From contig OY762209.1 of the NCBI GenBank assembly GCA_963665295.1, positions 2,944,001 to 3,008,000 on the forward strand: a DNA stretch of 64,000 nucleotides. The letters are read 5' to 3'. A program made the position numbers and the translations under genes. The notes under the pieces are model-generated. The model searched no databases, had not been told where the DNA came from, and worked only from the letters and a program-made list of their open reading frames with translations. Position 1 is the first letter of the stretch. Each line of letters starts with the position of its first letter. Shown in pieces: positions 20,961-30,956 of the stretch. This DNA comes from Syntrophorhabdaceae bacterium (GTDB lineage: Bacteria > Desulfobacterota > Syntrophorhabdia > Syntrophorhabdales > Syntrophorhabdaceae).

Positions 20961-21884
20961 CTATTTGCCGTTATAGATAGCGAGGGCCTCGGCCACGTCT
21001 GCGTCCTCGATGGTAACCGCATAGACCGCATTGCACATGCGGACCGCTTCCGCCAATGATTTTTGGTGGATGTTCCTTCCTGTGGCGTTTCCCGCGGCAC
21101 CGCTTATATGTATCTGGTCGTGGAGCTGCTGGAGGAATTTATCCACCGATTCGCTCCCTCCGCCCGCACAGACCACCTTGGTGCGTCCCGCGGCGAGGAT
21201 GGCCTCTTTAAAAACTTCACTCGACTGGGCGCCTTCCTTTTTGGGGTAGTTCACCTTCGCGAAGTCGGTGCCGATACATGCGGCGGTCCCTGCCGCGCCC
21301 GCTATCAGGTGAGGGTCCTTCTCGTTTTTTACGGCCTTGCCGCGGGGATACATCCAGAGTACCGTCACGAGACCGTTAAGATGAGCGTTATACACAAGCT
21401 GTGCAGCCTGAAGGAGAAGGTCGGTTTCGTACTCGCTTCCCAGGTATACGGTAAAACCTACGCCGAGAATATTGAGACCGCTGTTTTCCTTAAAATCCAT
21501 TATTTGCTCCATGTCGAACCATTGGAGGCTTACCGGGTCGTCCTGGGCTGTGGGTACAAGGTCTGTCTTTGAATTTACCTTGATAAGGTAGGGCACATTG
21601 GGGTAATCCATGCCGTACCGCGCTATGAGCCCCAACTGAGAGGCGAATACCCCGATCTTCGACTGGTCTGCAATCTTGAAAAGGTGCTCGGGACTATTAT
21701 CGTCGGGATGGATTCCTTCGCCGTAAAAGTCATTGTTCAAATGCTCGAGCTTCTGATCCCCTGCGAAAAGCATCAGTCTCCCGCTTGACCTTGTGATCGC
21801 CATGTAGTTGTCGATATACGTCTCGCGCATTACCCTCGGCACATCCAGCGGAACGACCACATCATCTCTGGTAATAGTCGGCAT
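20961..21884 (-). CDS. class I (DhnA-type) fructose-bisphosphate aldolase family protein
   Basis: AGDQKLEH, WMYPRG, DFAKVNYP, CAGG and GRNIHQ motifs. Confidence 0.88.
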   Translation of the reverse strand: MPTITRDDVVVPLDVPRVMRETYIDNYMAITRSSGRLMLFAGDQKLEHLNNDFYGEGIHPDDNSPEHLFKIADQSKIGVFASQLGLIARYGMDYPNVPYLIKVNSKTDLVPTAQDDPVSLQWFDMEQIMDFKENSGLNILGVGFTVYLGSEYETDLLLQAAQLVYNAHLNGLVTVLWMYPRGKAVKNEKDPHLIAGAAGTAACIGTDFAKVNYPKKEGAQSSEVFKEAILAAGRTKVVCAGGGSESVDKFLQQLHDQIHISGAAGNATGRNIHQKSLAEAVRMCNAVYAVTIEDADVAEALAIYNGK

Positions 21885-22007
21885 AGCGTTTTCCTCCCTT
21901 TCCGGTTTTTAGATACCAAATTCTACGGCATGGGGAGCACATATGCAAGAACTCTGTGTACGATCCTTTGTGTTTCCCCGGGAATTGCCCGTAGGCGAGG
22001 AATCCTG

Positions 22008-22925
22008 TCACTGCCGTACGATCCTCTGCAAATAGCGGTGGGCCTGAAGGGCGGCTTTGGCCCCCTCGCCCGCGGCAATGACGATCTGTTTTTCCGGAAC
22101 GTTTGTCACGTCTCCCGCCGCGTAAAGCCCGGGAACCACTGTTTCGTTGGCGCAGTTGACTTCGACCTCACCCAGTCCGTTAAGGGGGATCAGCCCCTTT
22201 GTGATCTCTGAGTTGGGAGAAAGCCCTATCTCCACGAAGACGCCCTCCACAGCGAGGTTCGTCTCCTCGCCTGATCTCAAGTCCCTGAGAGTGACGCCGG
22301 TCACCAGTTCTTCGCCGGTCACGGCGAGGACCTCGTGCTCCGTGAGAATAACGGCCCTGGATGATCTCCGCACTTTGTCGATGAGGACATGGTCAGCAGT
22401 GAGCGGGGTGAGGGATACAAGGTAAATCCGTCTCGCCACGTTAAGCAGGTCGAGGGCTGCCTCCAACGCGGAATTACCGCCCCCGATCACGGCAACGTTC
22501 ATTCCATCGAAGAGCGGTCCATCGCAGGTCGCACAGTAGCTCACGCCACGGCCTATCAGTTTCTTTTCGCCGGGCACATTGAGGGAGCGCGGGCTTTTGC
22601 CCGTCGATATTATCACCGCCAGGCCCTGAAACGTCTCTCCGTTCCCGGTCCGTACCTCGAATCCTCCGTTCATGGGGACGATGCTTTCCGCATTGTCGCC
22701 CACAATGGTGTTGATGGGGAACTGCCGGACCTGCTCCTCGAATCTTTTCATCAACTCGGGCCCCTCGATAAACTGGTAGCCCATGTAGTTTTCCACGCCG
22801 AGGGTCCAGTTCAACTGGCCCCCTATATCCTTGCTCACGAGGAGTGTGTTGAGCTTCTTCCTTGCACAGTATACAGCCGCAGTGAGCCCTGAGGGGCCCG
22901 CCCCGACTATGATGATATCGTACAT
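22008..22925 (-). CDS. trxB: thioredoxin-disulfide reductase
   Basis: GAGPSG, GVSYCATCDG, GGGNSA and AAGD motifs. Confidence 0.88.
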   Translation of the reverse strand: MYDIIIVGAGPSGLTAAVYCARKKLNTLLVSKDIGGQLNWTLGVENYMGYQFIEGPELMKRFEEQVRQFPINTIVGDNAESIVPMNGGFEVRTGNGETFQGLAVIISTGKSPRSLNVPGEKKLIGRGVSYCATCDGPLFDGMNVAVIGGGNSALEAALDLLNVARRIYLVSLTPLTADHVLIDKVRRSSRAVILTEHEVLAVTGEELVTGVTLRDLRSGEETNLAVEGVFVEIGLSPNSEITKGLIPLNGLGEVEVNCANETVVPGLYAAGDVTNVPEKQIVIAAGEGAKAALQAHRYLQRIVRQ

Positions 22926-23168
22926 GAACCCTCCGCGATCCTTTTGCCGGTTTCCATAGTTGTGCTTTGTCCTTCGGCCCGGAATTCAGGTTACCGATGC
23001 GCAACCTGAATTTAATTATTATCATCCAGGTTATTCCTGTCAATTGCAGGTCCGCCATACTCAAATTTCCAGTAGAAGGTATGTTTATTATAGGGTATTA
23101 TAGGCGAAGAGGGGCTACATGCCAGGCGGCGGGCCGCTCACAAAAACTGCTGAGGAAAAGGGGGAAAC

Positions 23169-24044
23169 ATGAATCCGGCAATATGGAAAAAGATCAGGAC
23201 AACGACTCTTGTATTGGTGACATGTGCATTTATCCTGGGCGCGGGCAGCGCCGGCATGGCGGGAACGGGGGCCGAACTCGCCGACCGGTTCATGAAGAAA
23301 GCGCCTGTTACGCGGTTCGACCCCATGACATTGGGCGAGGCGGCGAAGGCGCAGGAAGAGCTTATTACCATCATCGGCAAGGACTATGGTGAACCCGTCG
23401 GCTACAAGGCGGGACTCACGAATCCGAACGTGCAGAAGGCCTTCGGCGTGTCCGAGCCCGTGCGCGGCACCCTCCTTAAGAAGATGCTCCTTCCGAACGG
23501 CGCGGTGGTGCCGGCGAATTTCGGGGCTGTCCCCGTGAGCGAAGGCGACCTGATCGTTCGGGTGGGAGACGAGGCGATCAACCAGGCGAAAACCCCGGCG
23601 GAGACCTTGAAATCCCTTGACGCCGTGATCCCGTTTATAGAACTTCCCGACATGGTCTTCGACAAAGGCGTGAAACCGACCGGAGCGGCCATCCTGGCTA
23701 TCAACGTGGGGGCGCGGCTCGGTGTCATGGGCGAGCCTATACCGCTCACAGCGACACCGGAATGGCAGGACCGGCTGAAGAACTTCACTCTTCAAATCCT
23801 CGATGAAAAGGGTGTCGTTGTGACGGAGGGGAAGGGCAGCGCCCTTCTGGGTGACCCCCTGAACGCGACACTGTGGATCAAGAATTCCCTTGCCGCCGAG
23901 GGAAAGAAGCTCAAGAAGGGCGACCTGCTCTCTCTGGGGTCGGTTACGAGGCCCCTTCCCGCAAAGGCGGGCTCAGTTGTCCGTGCCAGATACATCGGCC
24001 TTGATCCGAAGGGGCCGGTCGAGATATCGGTAAGCTTCAAGTAA
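23169..24044 (+). CDS. FAH-superfamily 2-keto-4-pentenoate hydratase-like protein with signal peptide
   Basis: GYKAGLT, EGD, IELPD, LGDP and LKKGDLLSLGS motifs; N-terminal Sec-type leader. Confidence 0.8.
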   Translation: MNPAIWKKIRTTTLVLVTCAFILGAGSAGMAGTGAELADRFMKKAPVTRFDPMTLGEAAKAQEELITIIGKDYGEPVGYKAGLTNPNVQKAFGVSEPVRGTLLKKMLLPNGAVVPANFGAVPVSEGDLIVRVGDEAINQAKTPAETLKSLDAVIPFIELPDMVFDKGVKPTGAAILAINVGARLGVMGEPIPLTATPEWQDRLKNFTLQILDEKGVVVTEGKGSALLGDPLNATLWIKNSLAAEGKKLKKGDLLSLGSVTRPLPAKAGSVVRARYIGLDPKGPVEISVSFK

Positions 24045-24057
24045 AAACATGATGGCC

Positions 24058-24100
24058 CTTCAGAAGGCGCGGCAGCCGGGCGCCTTCTGAAGCCTCTCTT
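24058..24100 (+). terminator. hairpin/intrinsic terminator
   Basis: 13-bp stem CTTCAGAAGGCGC/GCGCCTTCTGAAG followed by a pyrimidine run. Confidence 0.6.
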
Positions 24101-24197
24101 TCTGCATCCCCTCTTTGCTTCCCGGGATCAAGAATTATTGCGCCCCGTCCTTCCGCCGACATCTACCCAAAAAATAGTGAAAAGTGCAAAGTGCCAC

Positions 24198-24226
24198 TTG
24201 ACACAATATGGTTTATGAGCTATAGT
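24198..24226 (+). promoter_or_regulatory. sigma70 promoter
   Basis: TTGACA-17 nt-TATAGT upstream of the DUF2141 operon. Confidence 0.7.
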
Positions 24227-24292
24227 CTTTTATGCAGTGAATCACCCCGCAAAAACCGGTGAAGCCGGCTACGGGAGAAAGAGGAGGATTAT

Positions 24293-24748
24293 ATGAAGAA
24301 GAAGGGGATGGTGTGGCTTGCGTTGTTCCTTGTTTTTCTTGCGGGAAACGCAATCGCTCTCGATGCTTCCGAAGGGAAGGCGGAGACGGGAGTTCTGAAG
24401 GTGGCAATCAGCGGATTCAGAAATGACAAGGGAGACGCAAAAATTGCCGTCTTCAACGCAAAAGAAGACTTTGGCGGGAACGGAAAGGCGTTCAAGACCG
24501 CTGCCCTGCCCATAAGAAACGGGAAGGCGGAGTGGGTACTCGGCGACCTTTCTTTCGGAGTCTACGCGATCAAGGTTTTTCACGACGAGAACGGCAACGG
24601 AAAACTTGACAAGAACACGTTTGGACAGCCGAAGGAAGAGTATGGATTTTCAAATAACGCGCGGGGCGCCTTCGGGCCTCCGGACTACGAGGAAGCGAAG
24701 TTCGTTTTCAATAAACCCGCCACCGCCATCGCAATAACCGTCGAGTGA
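24293..24748 (+). CDS. DUF2141 secreted protein
   Basis: Signal peptide; YAIKVFHDENGNGKLD..FG.PKEEYGFSNN motif. Confidence 0.9.
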   Translation: MKKKGMVWLALFLVFLAGNAIALDASEGKAETGVLKVAISGFRNDKGDAKIAVFNAKEDFGGNGKAFKTAALPIRNGKAEWVLGDLSFGVYAIKVFHDENGNGKLDKNTFGQPKEEYGFSNNARGAFGPPDYEEAKFVFNKPATAIAITVE

Positions 24749-24794
24749 GGAGGAGCGGCATGGCAGGATCTAAAGCGAGAGAAGGGGAAACACA

Positions 24795-25520
24795 ATGACC
24801 CGGGGAAAGGGAGACAGAGAAGAAAGGCCGGGAACACGGGCGCTCGGGCTTCGCATGAAGGAGCTGACCGCGGCCACCGGGCTCGCCAAGTCCGCCATCC
24901 TTCATTACGTGGCGCTGGGGTTGCTCCCGGAACCGGAAAAGACAAGCAAAAATATGGCATATTACCAGCCCGGGTGCGTCGAACGGGTAAAGTTTATCAA
25001 GTCTCTACAGGAAAGATACGCTCTTCCCCTCTCCAAGATAAAGCAACTCCTTACCTTGAGGGACGAGGGCAAAGATGTCACTCCTTTTATCGAACTCAAT
25101 GAAGCCATATTCGGCGGACACGAGGAACCTACCCTGGACCACGGCGCGTTTCGCGAGGCCACCGGTCTCGGCTCCCCCGAGATAAAAGAGTTACGGGAGG
25201 CGGGGCTCTTGCTTCCCCTTGACGACGGGCACTTCAATGCCTCGGACGTGGCTGTGGGCAGGGTCTATGCCAGGGCCTTTGCCCTCGGGCTAAGGGCGTC
25301 CGACCTTGCGTTCTACGCCGAGTCGGCGAAGAGGATTGTGGATGAGGAAATGGCGCTCAGGAACAAACTTACCGGGCGTTTGCCGGAGGACCAGGACGCA
25401 AGGATGACCACCCAATTGGTGCAGGGGGCGAGGGCTGTGAGAAACTACGTTGTCGACCGTACTTTCCTTCAACGGGTCGTCTCGCTGAAGGGTTTCAAGG
25501 AGGAGGGCCCCAAATCATGA
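24795..25520 (+). CDS. MerR-family transcriptional regulator
   Basis: MKELTAATGL.KSAILHYV..GLLP...NMAYY HTH; ATGA overlap with the next gene. Confidence 0.85.
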   Translation: MTRGKGDREERPGTRALGLRMKELTAATGLAKSAILHYVALGLLPEPEKTSKNMAYYQPGCVERVKFIKSLQERYALPLSKIKQLLTLRDEGKDVTPFIELNEAIFGGHEEPTLDHGAFREATGLGSPEIKELREAGLLLPLDDGHFNASDVAVGRVYARAFALGLRASDLAFYAESAKRIVDEEMALRNKLTGRLPEDQDARMTTQLVQGARAVRNYVVDRTFLQRVVSLKGFKEEGPKS

Positions 25521-27361
25521 AACGCGCGCTGGGGGCGGCAGCCCCGATCATCCTTACGGTATACATAACCATAGGAAACATGGTGGTCTTTCGTCCCGCA
25601 ATCATGCGGCCTCTTACCCTTCTCGCCTTTGTTCTTATGGCCCTTGTCCTCTATGTCCGGATGAAAACCGAAGGCCTGTCGGACATAGAGAAGGGTTTCC
25701 TTCTTTACATGGCCCTGTGCGCCATCGCCTTCTGGGGTCTCCCGGGAAGCGTGACGGAGATTATCGCCGACTTTCCCACGGGGGTCCTCTATGCTACCCT
25801 CCTCGCGGTCACGGGCCTTCCCGCACTACTGGGAAGACATTATTTCACCGAGCACTATGCGAAAAAGAGGACACCCGACGCGGTTCGCGAGACGGACATC
25901 TATAAGACGATAAACAGGAATATGACGTGGTTCTGGGTTGCCATATTCGCCCTGTGTACTTTTGCGACCGTCATACCCTGCCTTTTTGCCCTCCCGGGAT
26001 CGCTCTTCATGGGGCTTTTCTTTCAGGTCGGCCTTCCCGGTATCCTGCTCCTCGGAATAGGGCATCCCCTCAACAAGAAATATCCCCTGTATTTTCAGCA
26101 TAGGATGGGTATCGACCCGGCCCCCTCCGCGGAGCCGGGGCAGGCCCGGGCGGCCGGTCTGGATATTCCGGCGGTCACGGCGAAGACAAAGGAGGAAGAT
26201 ATGGATAACCGGCCCGTAATAGTGGCGCTTAACGGCTCACCTCACGAGACCATAGGTAACACGAGCCAGATGATCGGGATGATTGCATCCGCCCTTGCAG
26301 GGGAAGGCTTCCGGCTGGAAGAGATCAGTCTTGCAGGTAAGGGTATCGGGTACTGCATAGGCTGCGCCGTGTGTCTGGAAAAGGGCAGGTGCTGGCAGAG
26401 CGATGGACACCGGGAGATTGTGGACAAAATGCTGGCTGCCGACGGCATAATACTTGCGTCGCCGGTATATTTCGGCCAGGTGACGGCGCAGATGAAGACC
26501 TTCATTGATCGCTCCCTCGGCCTTGGACATAAGCCCCGCACTGCCCGGAAGCCGGGGCTCGCGGTGAGCGTGTCCGCCGGAAAGGGTGAAACCGACACGG
26601 CCCGTTATCTCGGCCGTTGGCTCCACATCTACGGGGCCTTTCCCGTGGGGTCCCTTACCGCCATAGCAACGAACCCGGGGGGTTTTCTCGGCAAAGAATT
26701 GGTGGAAGAGAGGGCGGGAGATGTCGCCCGCGACCTGGCTCGGGCCATAAGGGAGAAGAGGCAATACCCGGCTACCGACGAAGACCTCTCCTTCTATCTC
26801 TTCATGAGGGACCTTGTGAGCCGCGAAAAGGATTTTATGACCGATGATTACCGCCACTGGCAGGAAACAGGTCTTCTCGAAGGTTTTTTGTCTTATGTCC
26901 AACAACGCTTTTCCGACAGTTCCTTCGATCCTGAGGTGAGGAAAGAATGGCTGAAGGAACTCATGAAGGAGGCGAAGGCGGGACAACACGCCACGGAGGC
27001 CCCCCGGGTCACTCCACCCGCACAGCCGGGTCCGCCGTCGGTCCGGAGTTGTCACGAGCTTCTCGAGATCATGCCCCTCGGTTTCAGGAGCGATGCCGCA
27101 GGAGACCTGTCGGCCACATATCAGTTCGAGATCGGGGGACCGGAGGAATTTATCGCCCGTTTGAGCATATCCGGCGGACAATGCGTGTTCCAGGACGGGC
27201 CTCACCCGCACCCCGATGTGGTTATAAGAGCCCCGGCGGACGTGTGGCTCGCCATATCGAGGGGAGAACTGGACGGCCAGGCCGCGTTCATGGCAGGCAA
27301 GTACAAGGTGGAAGGCAATATGGCCCTCATCTCCAAACTCAAAACCATGTTCGGGGGATAG
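25517..27361 (+). CDS. membrane domain + iron-sulfur flavoprotein/FMN reductase + SCP2 sterol-carrier fusion
   Basis: About 6 TM N-terminus; NGSP, CIGCAVC...C and ASPVY...AQMKTFIDR motifs; C-terminal SCP2 (YQFEI...W.AISRGELDGQAAFMAGKYKVEG). Confidence 0.85.
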   Translation: MKRALGAAAPIILTVYITIGNMVVFRPAIMRPLTLLAFVLMALVLYVRMKTEGLSDIEKGFLLYMALCAIAFWGLPGSVTEIIADFPTGVLYATLLAVTGLPALLGRHYFTEHYAKKRTPDAVRETDIYKTINRNMTWFWVAIFALCTFATVIPCLFALPGSLFMGLFFQVGLPGILLLGIGHPLNKKYPLYFQHRMGIDPAPSAEPGQARAAGLDIPAVTAKTKEEDMDNRPVIVALNGSPHETIGNTSQMIGMIASALAGEGFRLEEISLAGKGIGYCIGCAVCLEKGRCWQSDGHREIVDKMLAADGIILASPVYFGQVTAQMKTFIDRSLGLGHKPRTARKPGLAVSVSAGKGETDTARYLGRWLHIYGAFPVGSLTAIATNPGGFLGKELVEERAGDVARDLARAIREKRQYPATDEDLSFYLFMRDLVSREKDFMTDDYRHWQETGLLEGFLSYVQQRFSDSSFDPEVRKEWLKELMKEAKAGQHATEAPRVTPPAQPGPPSVRSCHELLEIMPLGFRSDAAGDLSATYQFEIGGPEEFIARLSISGGQCVFQDGPHPHPDVVIRAPADVWLAISRGELDGQAAFMAGKYKVEGNMALISKLKTMFGG

Positions 27362-27528
27362 CGGGCCGGCAAAGAGGTTGCCTCTCCGGAGTCGCGGCAG
27401 CGCCCCACAGATGGTATCGACCTTGACATGAGCCGCACCATACCCTTATCCTATAGCGCGTCTGACGGGTAGTCGCCGGTGATTCTTTCACCGGCGTGGG
27501 CCGGATAGACCGCGAAGGGAGAGGAAGG

Positions 27529-28479
27529 GTGACGGAAAGAGAGATACTGGAAGCGAGACACGAACTCAATATGGCCATAAGGGAGTTTTTTTACAGGAGG
27601 GACTATCTTGAGGTGGAAACCCCTGCCCTTATGAAGATATCGCCGCCAGACCCTCATATCGACCCGCTCAAGGTGCATGTGGGGGAGAAAGGGCCGTTTT
27701 ACCTCCACACGTCGCCCGAGATGCATATGAAAAAGCTTCTTCGATTCGGCAGGGACCGTATCTTCCAAATGTGCAAGGTCTTCAGGGTCGAGGAATTGGA
27801 GGAGATTCACAACACCGAGTTTACCATGCTCGAATGGTACAGGGAGGGCACCTACCTGGACGCCATGGGCGAGGTAGAGGATCTGACGGGTTTTGTCGCG
27901 GAGAGGCTCGAAGCGCCCCGGGCGAGCCGTTTCAAGACCCCTTATGCCGTGTATGAGCTTGACCGCCTCTTCCTTGAAAAGACGGGCATCGATCCCTTCA
28001 CGCTCGACAGGGACGGTCTTCATGCCGCTCTGGAGCGCAGAGACTTCAAGGGCATTGATGGAAGGGACGGGTGGAACGACCTTTTCTTCAAGCTCCTGAT
28101 TCAGGAGGTGGAGACCTCCGTAAAAGGAGAAGAACCCTTCTTTATGATAGACTGGCCCCGGTCCATATCTACCATGGCAAAAGGAAAGGGTCGGAACAAG
28201 GTGGAGAGGTTCGAGTTTTATATGGACGGGGTCGAGATCGCAAACGGATACACGGAACTTCTCGACCACGAGGAACAGAGAAAAAGGTTTTTGGACGATA
28301 ACGCTGAACGGCTAAGGTTGGGGAAAGAGACCTTCCCTGTGGATGAGTCCTTTCTTGAGGCTCTGTCGGGCCTTCGGGGTCCCTATACGGGAGTCGCCCT
28401 CGGGGTGGACAGGCTTCTCATGAAGATCCTCGACTTGAGCAGGATCGACGAGGTAACCATAGACAGACTCAGAGTCTGA
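27529..28479 (+). CDS. epmA: EF-P lysine aminoacylase (GenX/PoxA)
   Basis: EVETP, YLHTSPEMHMKKLL, FR.EE..HN.EFTMLEWY, ERFE, EIANGYTEL and GVALGVDRL motifs; no anticodon-binding domain. Confidence 0.92.
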   Translation: MTEREILEARHELNMAIREFFYRRDYLEVETPALMKISPPDPHIDPLKVHVGEKGPFYLHTSPEMHMKKLLRFGRDRIFQMCKVFRVEELEEIHNTEFTMLEWYREGTYLDAMGEVEDLTGFVAERLEAPRASRFKTPYAVYELDRLFLEKTGIDPFTLDRDGLHAALERRDFKGIDGRDGWNDLFFKLLIQEVETSVKGEEPFFMIDWPRSISTMAKGKGRNKVERFEFYMDGVEIANGYTELLDHEEQRKRFLDDNAERLRLGKETFPVDESFLEALSGLRGPYTGVALGVDRLLMKILDLSRIDEVTIDRLRV

Positions 28480-29224
28480 TCTTGTAGAAAAGAATCCCCA
28501 TGTATTCTCTCAAGGCATTCCCCGCATTGAGGATGCTCGCGGCGTTGGGCAGATAGTACATCGCGTCCCTTGGTGAAGTATCGACCTTGAACCCGGTAGG
28601 AAAAGGCGTTACCGGACCGAGCCATTTCCCGAAGAGCATGACCGACCTTTTCATATGGTAGGCGCTCGTGATGAGGAGCACCCGCTTGAAATGCTCCTTT
28701 TCGCAGATTTCCGCCGTGTAGCGGGCATTGTCGTAGGTGTCCCTGCTCCTTGTTTCCGCAATCAAGTACTTCTCTTTTACACCGAGCCCCAGAAGATAAT
28801 CCTTCATGATCTCCGCCTCGGGCCGGGAGCCGGGACGCGCCCCGCCTGAAAGGATTATCGGCTTGGGAGAAATGAGATACAGCCGGTATGCGGTTGTTAC
28901 CCTTGCCAATGCGTCCGAATCGGGCGAACCCCTCCCGTCGATGGTGGGGGCTGTTTCATTGACTCCGCCGCCCAGGACGACATACACGTCGCACGCCTTG
29001 ACCTCGCTGACGGAGGGAACCTTGTACGCGTTTTCAAGAGGCGCGAGGAGGGCTGTGGCAGTGGGATTGATGGACACCGCATAGATGAAGGCCGCGAGAA
29101 GGATGATCATGGGCTTCACCCTCTTTCTTGCAAAGAGGACTATGAGGATACAGCACAGGATGAGGATGCCGGGCGGCATAAGGGCACATGCGATGACTTT
29201 TTTGAGGGCGAAGGCAAAGGTCAT
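28469..29224 (-). CDS. YdcF/ElyC (DUF218) family membrane protein
   Basis: VVLGGG, SGG, EA, SRDTYDNA, ITSAYHMKRS and REY motifs. Confidence 0.88.
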   Translation of the reverse strand: MTFAFALKKVIACALMPPGILILCCILIVLFARKRVKPMIILLAAFIYAVSINPTATALLAPLENAYKVPSVSEVKACDVYVVLGGGVNETAPTIDGRGSPDSDALARVTTAYRLYLISPKPIILSGGARPGSRPEAEIMKDYLLGLGVKEKYLIAETRSRDTYDNARYTAEICEKEHFKRVLLITSAYHMKRSVMLFGKWLGPVTPFPTGFKVDTSPRDAMYYLPNAASILNAGNALREYMGILFYKIRL

Positions 29225-29227
29225 GGA

Positions 29228-30121
29228 TTATGGCGCCGGATACCGTGACATGGCCTCCCTTATTTTCGGGAGCGCCTTTCTCGCTGCCTTCATACCTTCC
29301 TCTATCAAAAGCTTCTTCTGCGAGAAATCGAACATGGAGACGCCCTTGGCGTCGGGTTCTATCACCACATCCGCGTATTGAAGTTTCGCTTTGCTGCTCT
29401 CGTGCATCATGATGCTCGCGGACTGACCTATGATGTCGATGAGAGAGCTCAGGTTGTAGTCTTTAATGTCCTTCGAAAGGTTTACGGCGATGACGATGTC
29501 CGCCCCTTTGTTCTTTGCGATGTCACAGGGGATATTGTCTGTGACCCCTCCGTCCACGAGGAGTCGGCTCCCGAAGTTGACGGGGACGAATATTCCCGGT
29601 ATTGCGGAAGATGCCCTTATGGCCTTTGCGAGGGAGCCCTTTTCGAGGGTAACCGTCTCCCCTGTATTGATGTCCGTGGCAACCGGGTAGAAGGGGATCT
29701 TTGTATCCTCCACCTTTCTCGCCTTGACTGTCTGTTCCACGAACGCCTCGAGTCTGGCCCCCTGTACAGGCCCCCATTTCGAGTTTACCAGGGAGAGGTC
29801 AAGTATGTCGTTTCGCTCTATCTTGGATGCCGTCCATTCGAGTTGGAAGCTTTCCGGGTTGGCGGCATAGATCCCCCCGATGAGACTTCCCACACTGGTC
29901 CCCACAATCATGTGGATCGGAATCTTCTCCTGCTCCAGGACGCGAATCACCCCCACGTGGGCGAAACCCTTGGCTGCTCCTCCACCAAGAACCAGCGCGA
30001 TTCTGGGAGCGCCTGTCCTTGCTTTCCCGGGAAGGGACTGACAGGCGCAAAGGAGTGACGTTGATATCAGTAAAAGAAGGAGATGGGTGAAATATTTAGC
30101 GAGGCGCCCTGAGTCCCACAT
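29228..30121 (-). CDS. patatin-like phospholipase (lipoprotein)
   Basis: GGGAAKG, GTSVG and DGG motifs; LCAC lipobox-like leader. Confidence 0.9.
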   Translation of the reverse strand: MWDSGRLAKYFTHLLLLLISTSLLCACQSLPGKARTGAPRIALVLGGGAAKGFAHVGVIRVLEQEKIPIHMIVGTSVGSLIGGIYAANPESFQLEWTASKIERNDILDLSLVNSKWGPVQGARLEAFVEQTVKARKVEDTKIPFYPVATDINTGETVTLEKGSLAKAIRASSAIPGIFVPVNFGSRLLVDGGVTDNIPCDIAKNKGADIVIAVNLSKDIKDYNLSSLIDIIGQSASIMMHESSKAKLQYADVVIEPDAKGVSMFDFSQKKLLIEEGMKAARKALPKIREAMSRYPAP

Positions 30122-30740
30122 ATGGATTATAGGCCTTTTCTCTCCCTATGGTGCTTTTGGGGGTTTCGCCATAATTATGTCCCGACGCAACCACGGTGTC
30201 GTCAGGCAGGGTGAAGAGCTTGCTATGGACGGATCTCACGAGGGTTTCCCACGATCCTCCCGCAAGGTCGGTCCGTCCCACGCCGCCCACAAAAAGGGTG
30301 TCGCCGGTGAAAACAATACCGTTATGATAAAGGGAGATACTGCCCGGGGAATGACCCGGTGTATGGAGCACCTTGAGAGATGTCTCGCCTATGACGATGT
30401 CATCGCCTTCCTTCACGGTCTGGTCCGCGGGTGGAGACGGCTCCGCACCGAAGGAGTTCATGAGGGAAAGGGACTGCTGGACGAGACTCTGAGCCTCGAT
30501 TTCATGGATGATGATCTTCGCGTTCGTAAGGTCCTTCATCTTCTTGTTTCCCATTATATGGTCAACGTGGGAATGGGTGTTCACAATATACTTGATCGTG
30601 TAACCTCTGGTCTGGGCTTCTTTCAGAATCCGGTCGCCATCCGAGGCAGGATCTATTACAAGGGCCTCATTTGTTTTCTTACAGGCCACGATATATGCGA
30701 AGACTGCAAACCCACCGACTTCAATCTGTTTTACAAACAT
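30096..30740 (-). CDS. metallo-beta-lactamase fold hydrolase (glyoxalase II-like)
   Basis: THSHVDH, HTPGHS, GDTLF and GH motifs. Confidence 0.9.
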   Translation of the reverse strand: MFVKQIEVGGFAVFAYIVACKKTNEALVIDPASDGDRILKEAQTRGYTIKYIVNTHSHVDHIMGNKKMKDLTNAKIIIHEIEAQSLVQQSLSLMNSFGAEPSPPADQTVKEGDDIVIGETSLKVLHTPGHSPGSISLYHNGIVFTGDTLFVGGVGRTDLAGGSWETLVRSVHSKLFTLPDDTVVASGHNYGETPKSTIGREKAYNPYVGLRAPR

Positions 30741-30956
30741 AGAAACCTCCTGAGTTGATTGATAATCATAATATTTTTCCCCATGGTTTTCAAATCATTT
30801 GATGAACGGGTGCGACCCCGGGGGGTGATTGTCCCTGACCATCCCTGGTGTTTTTGTTTTGCAAGATACCTGCGAGTATGCCAGAATATGGGAGAGACCG
30901 AGCCCGGTAAAGGCCGGACGGGAGGCTTAAGACCAATAAGACAGGCGGGAGACCAT

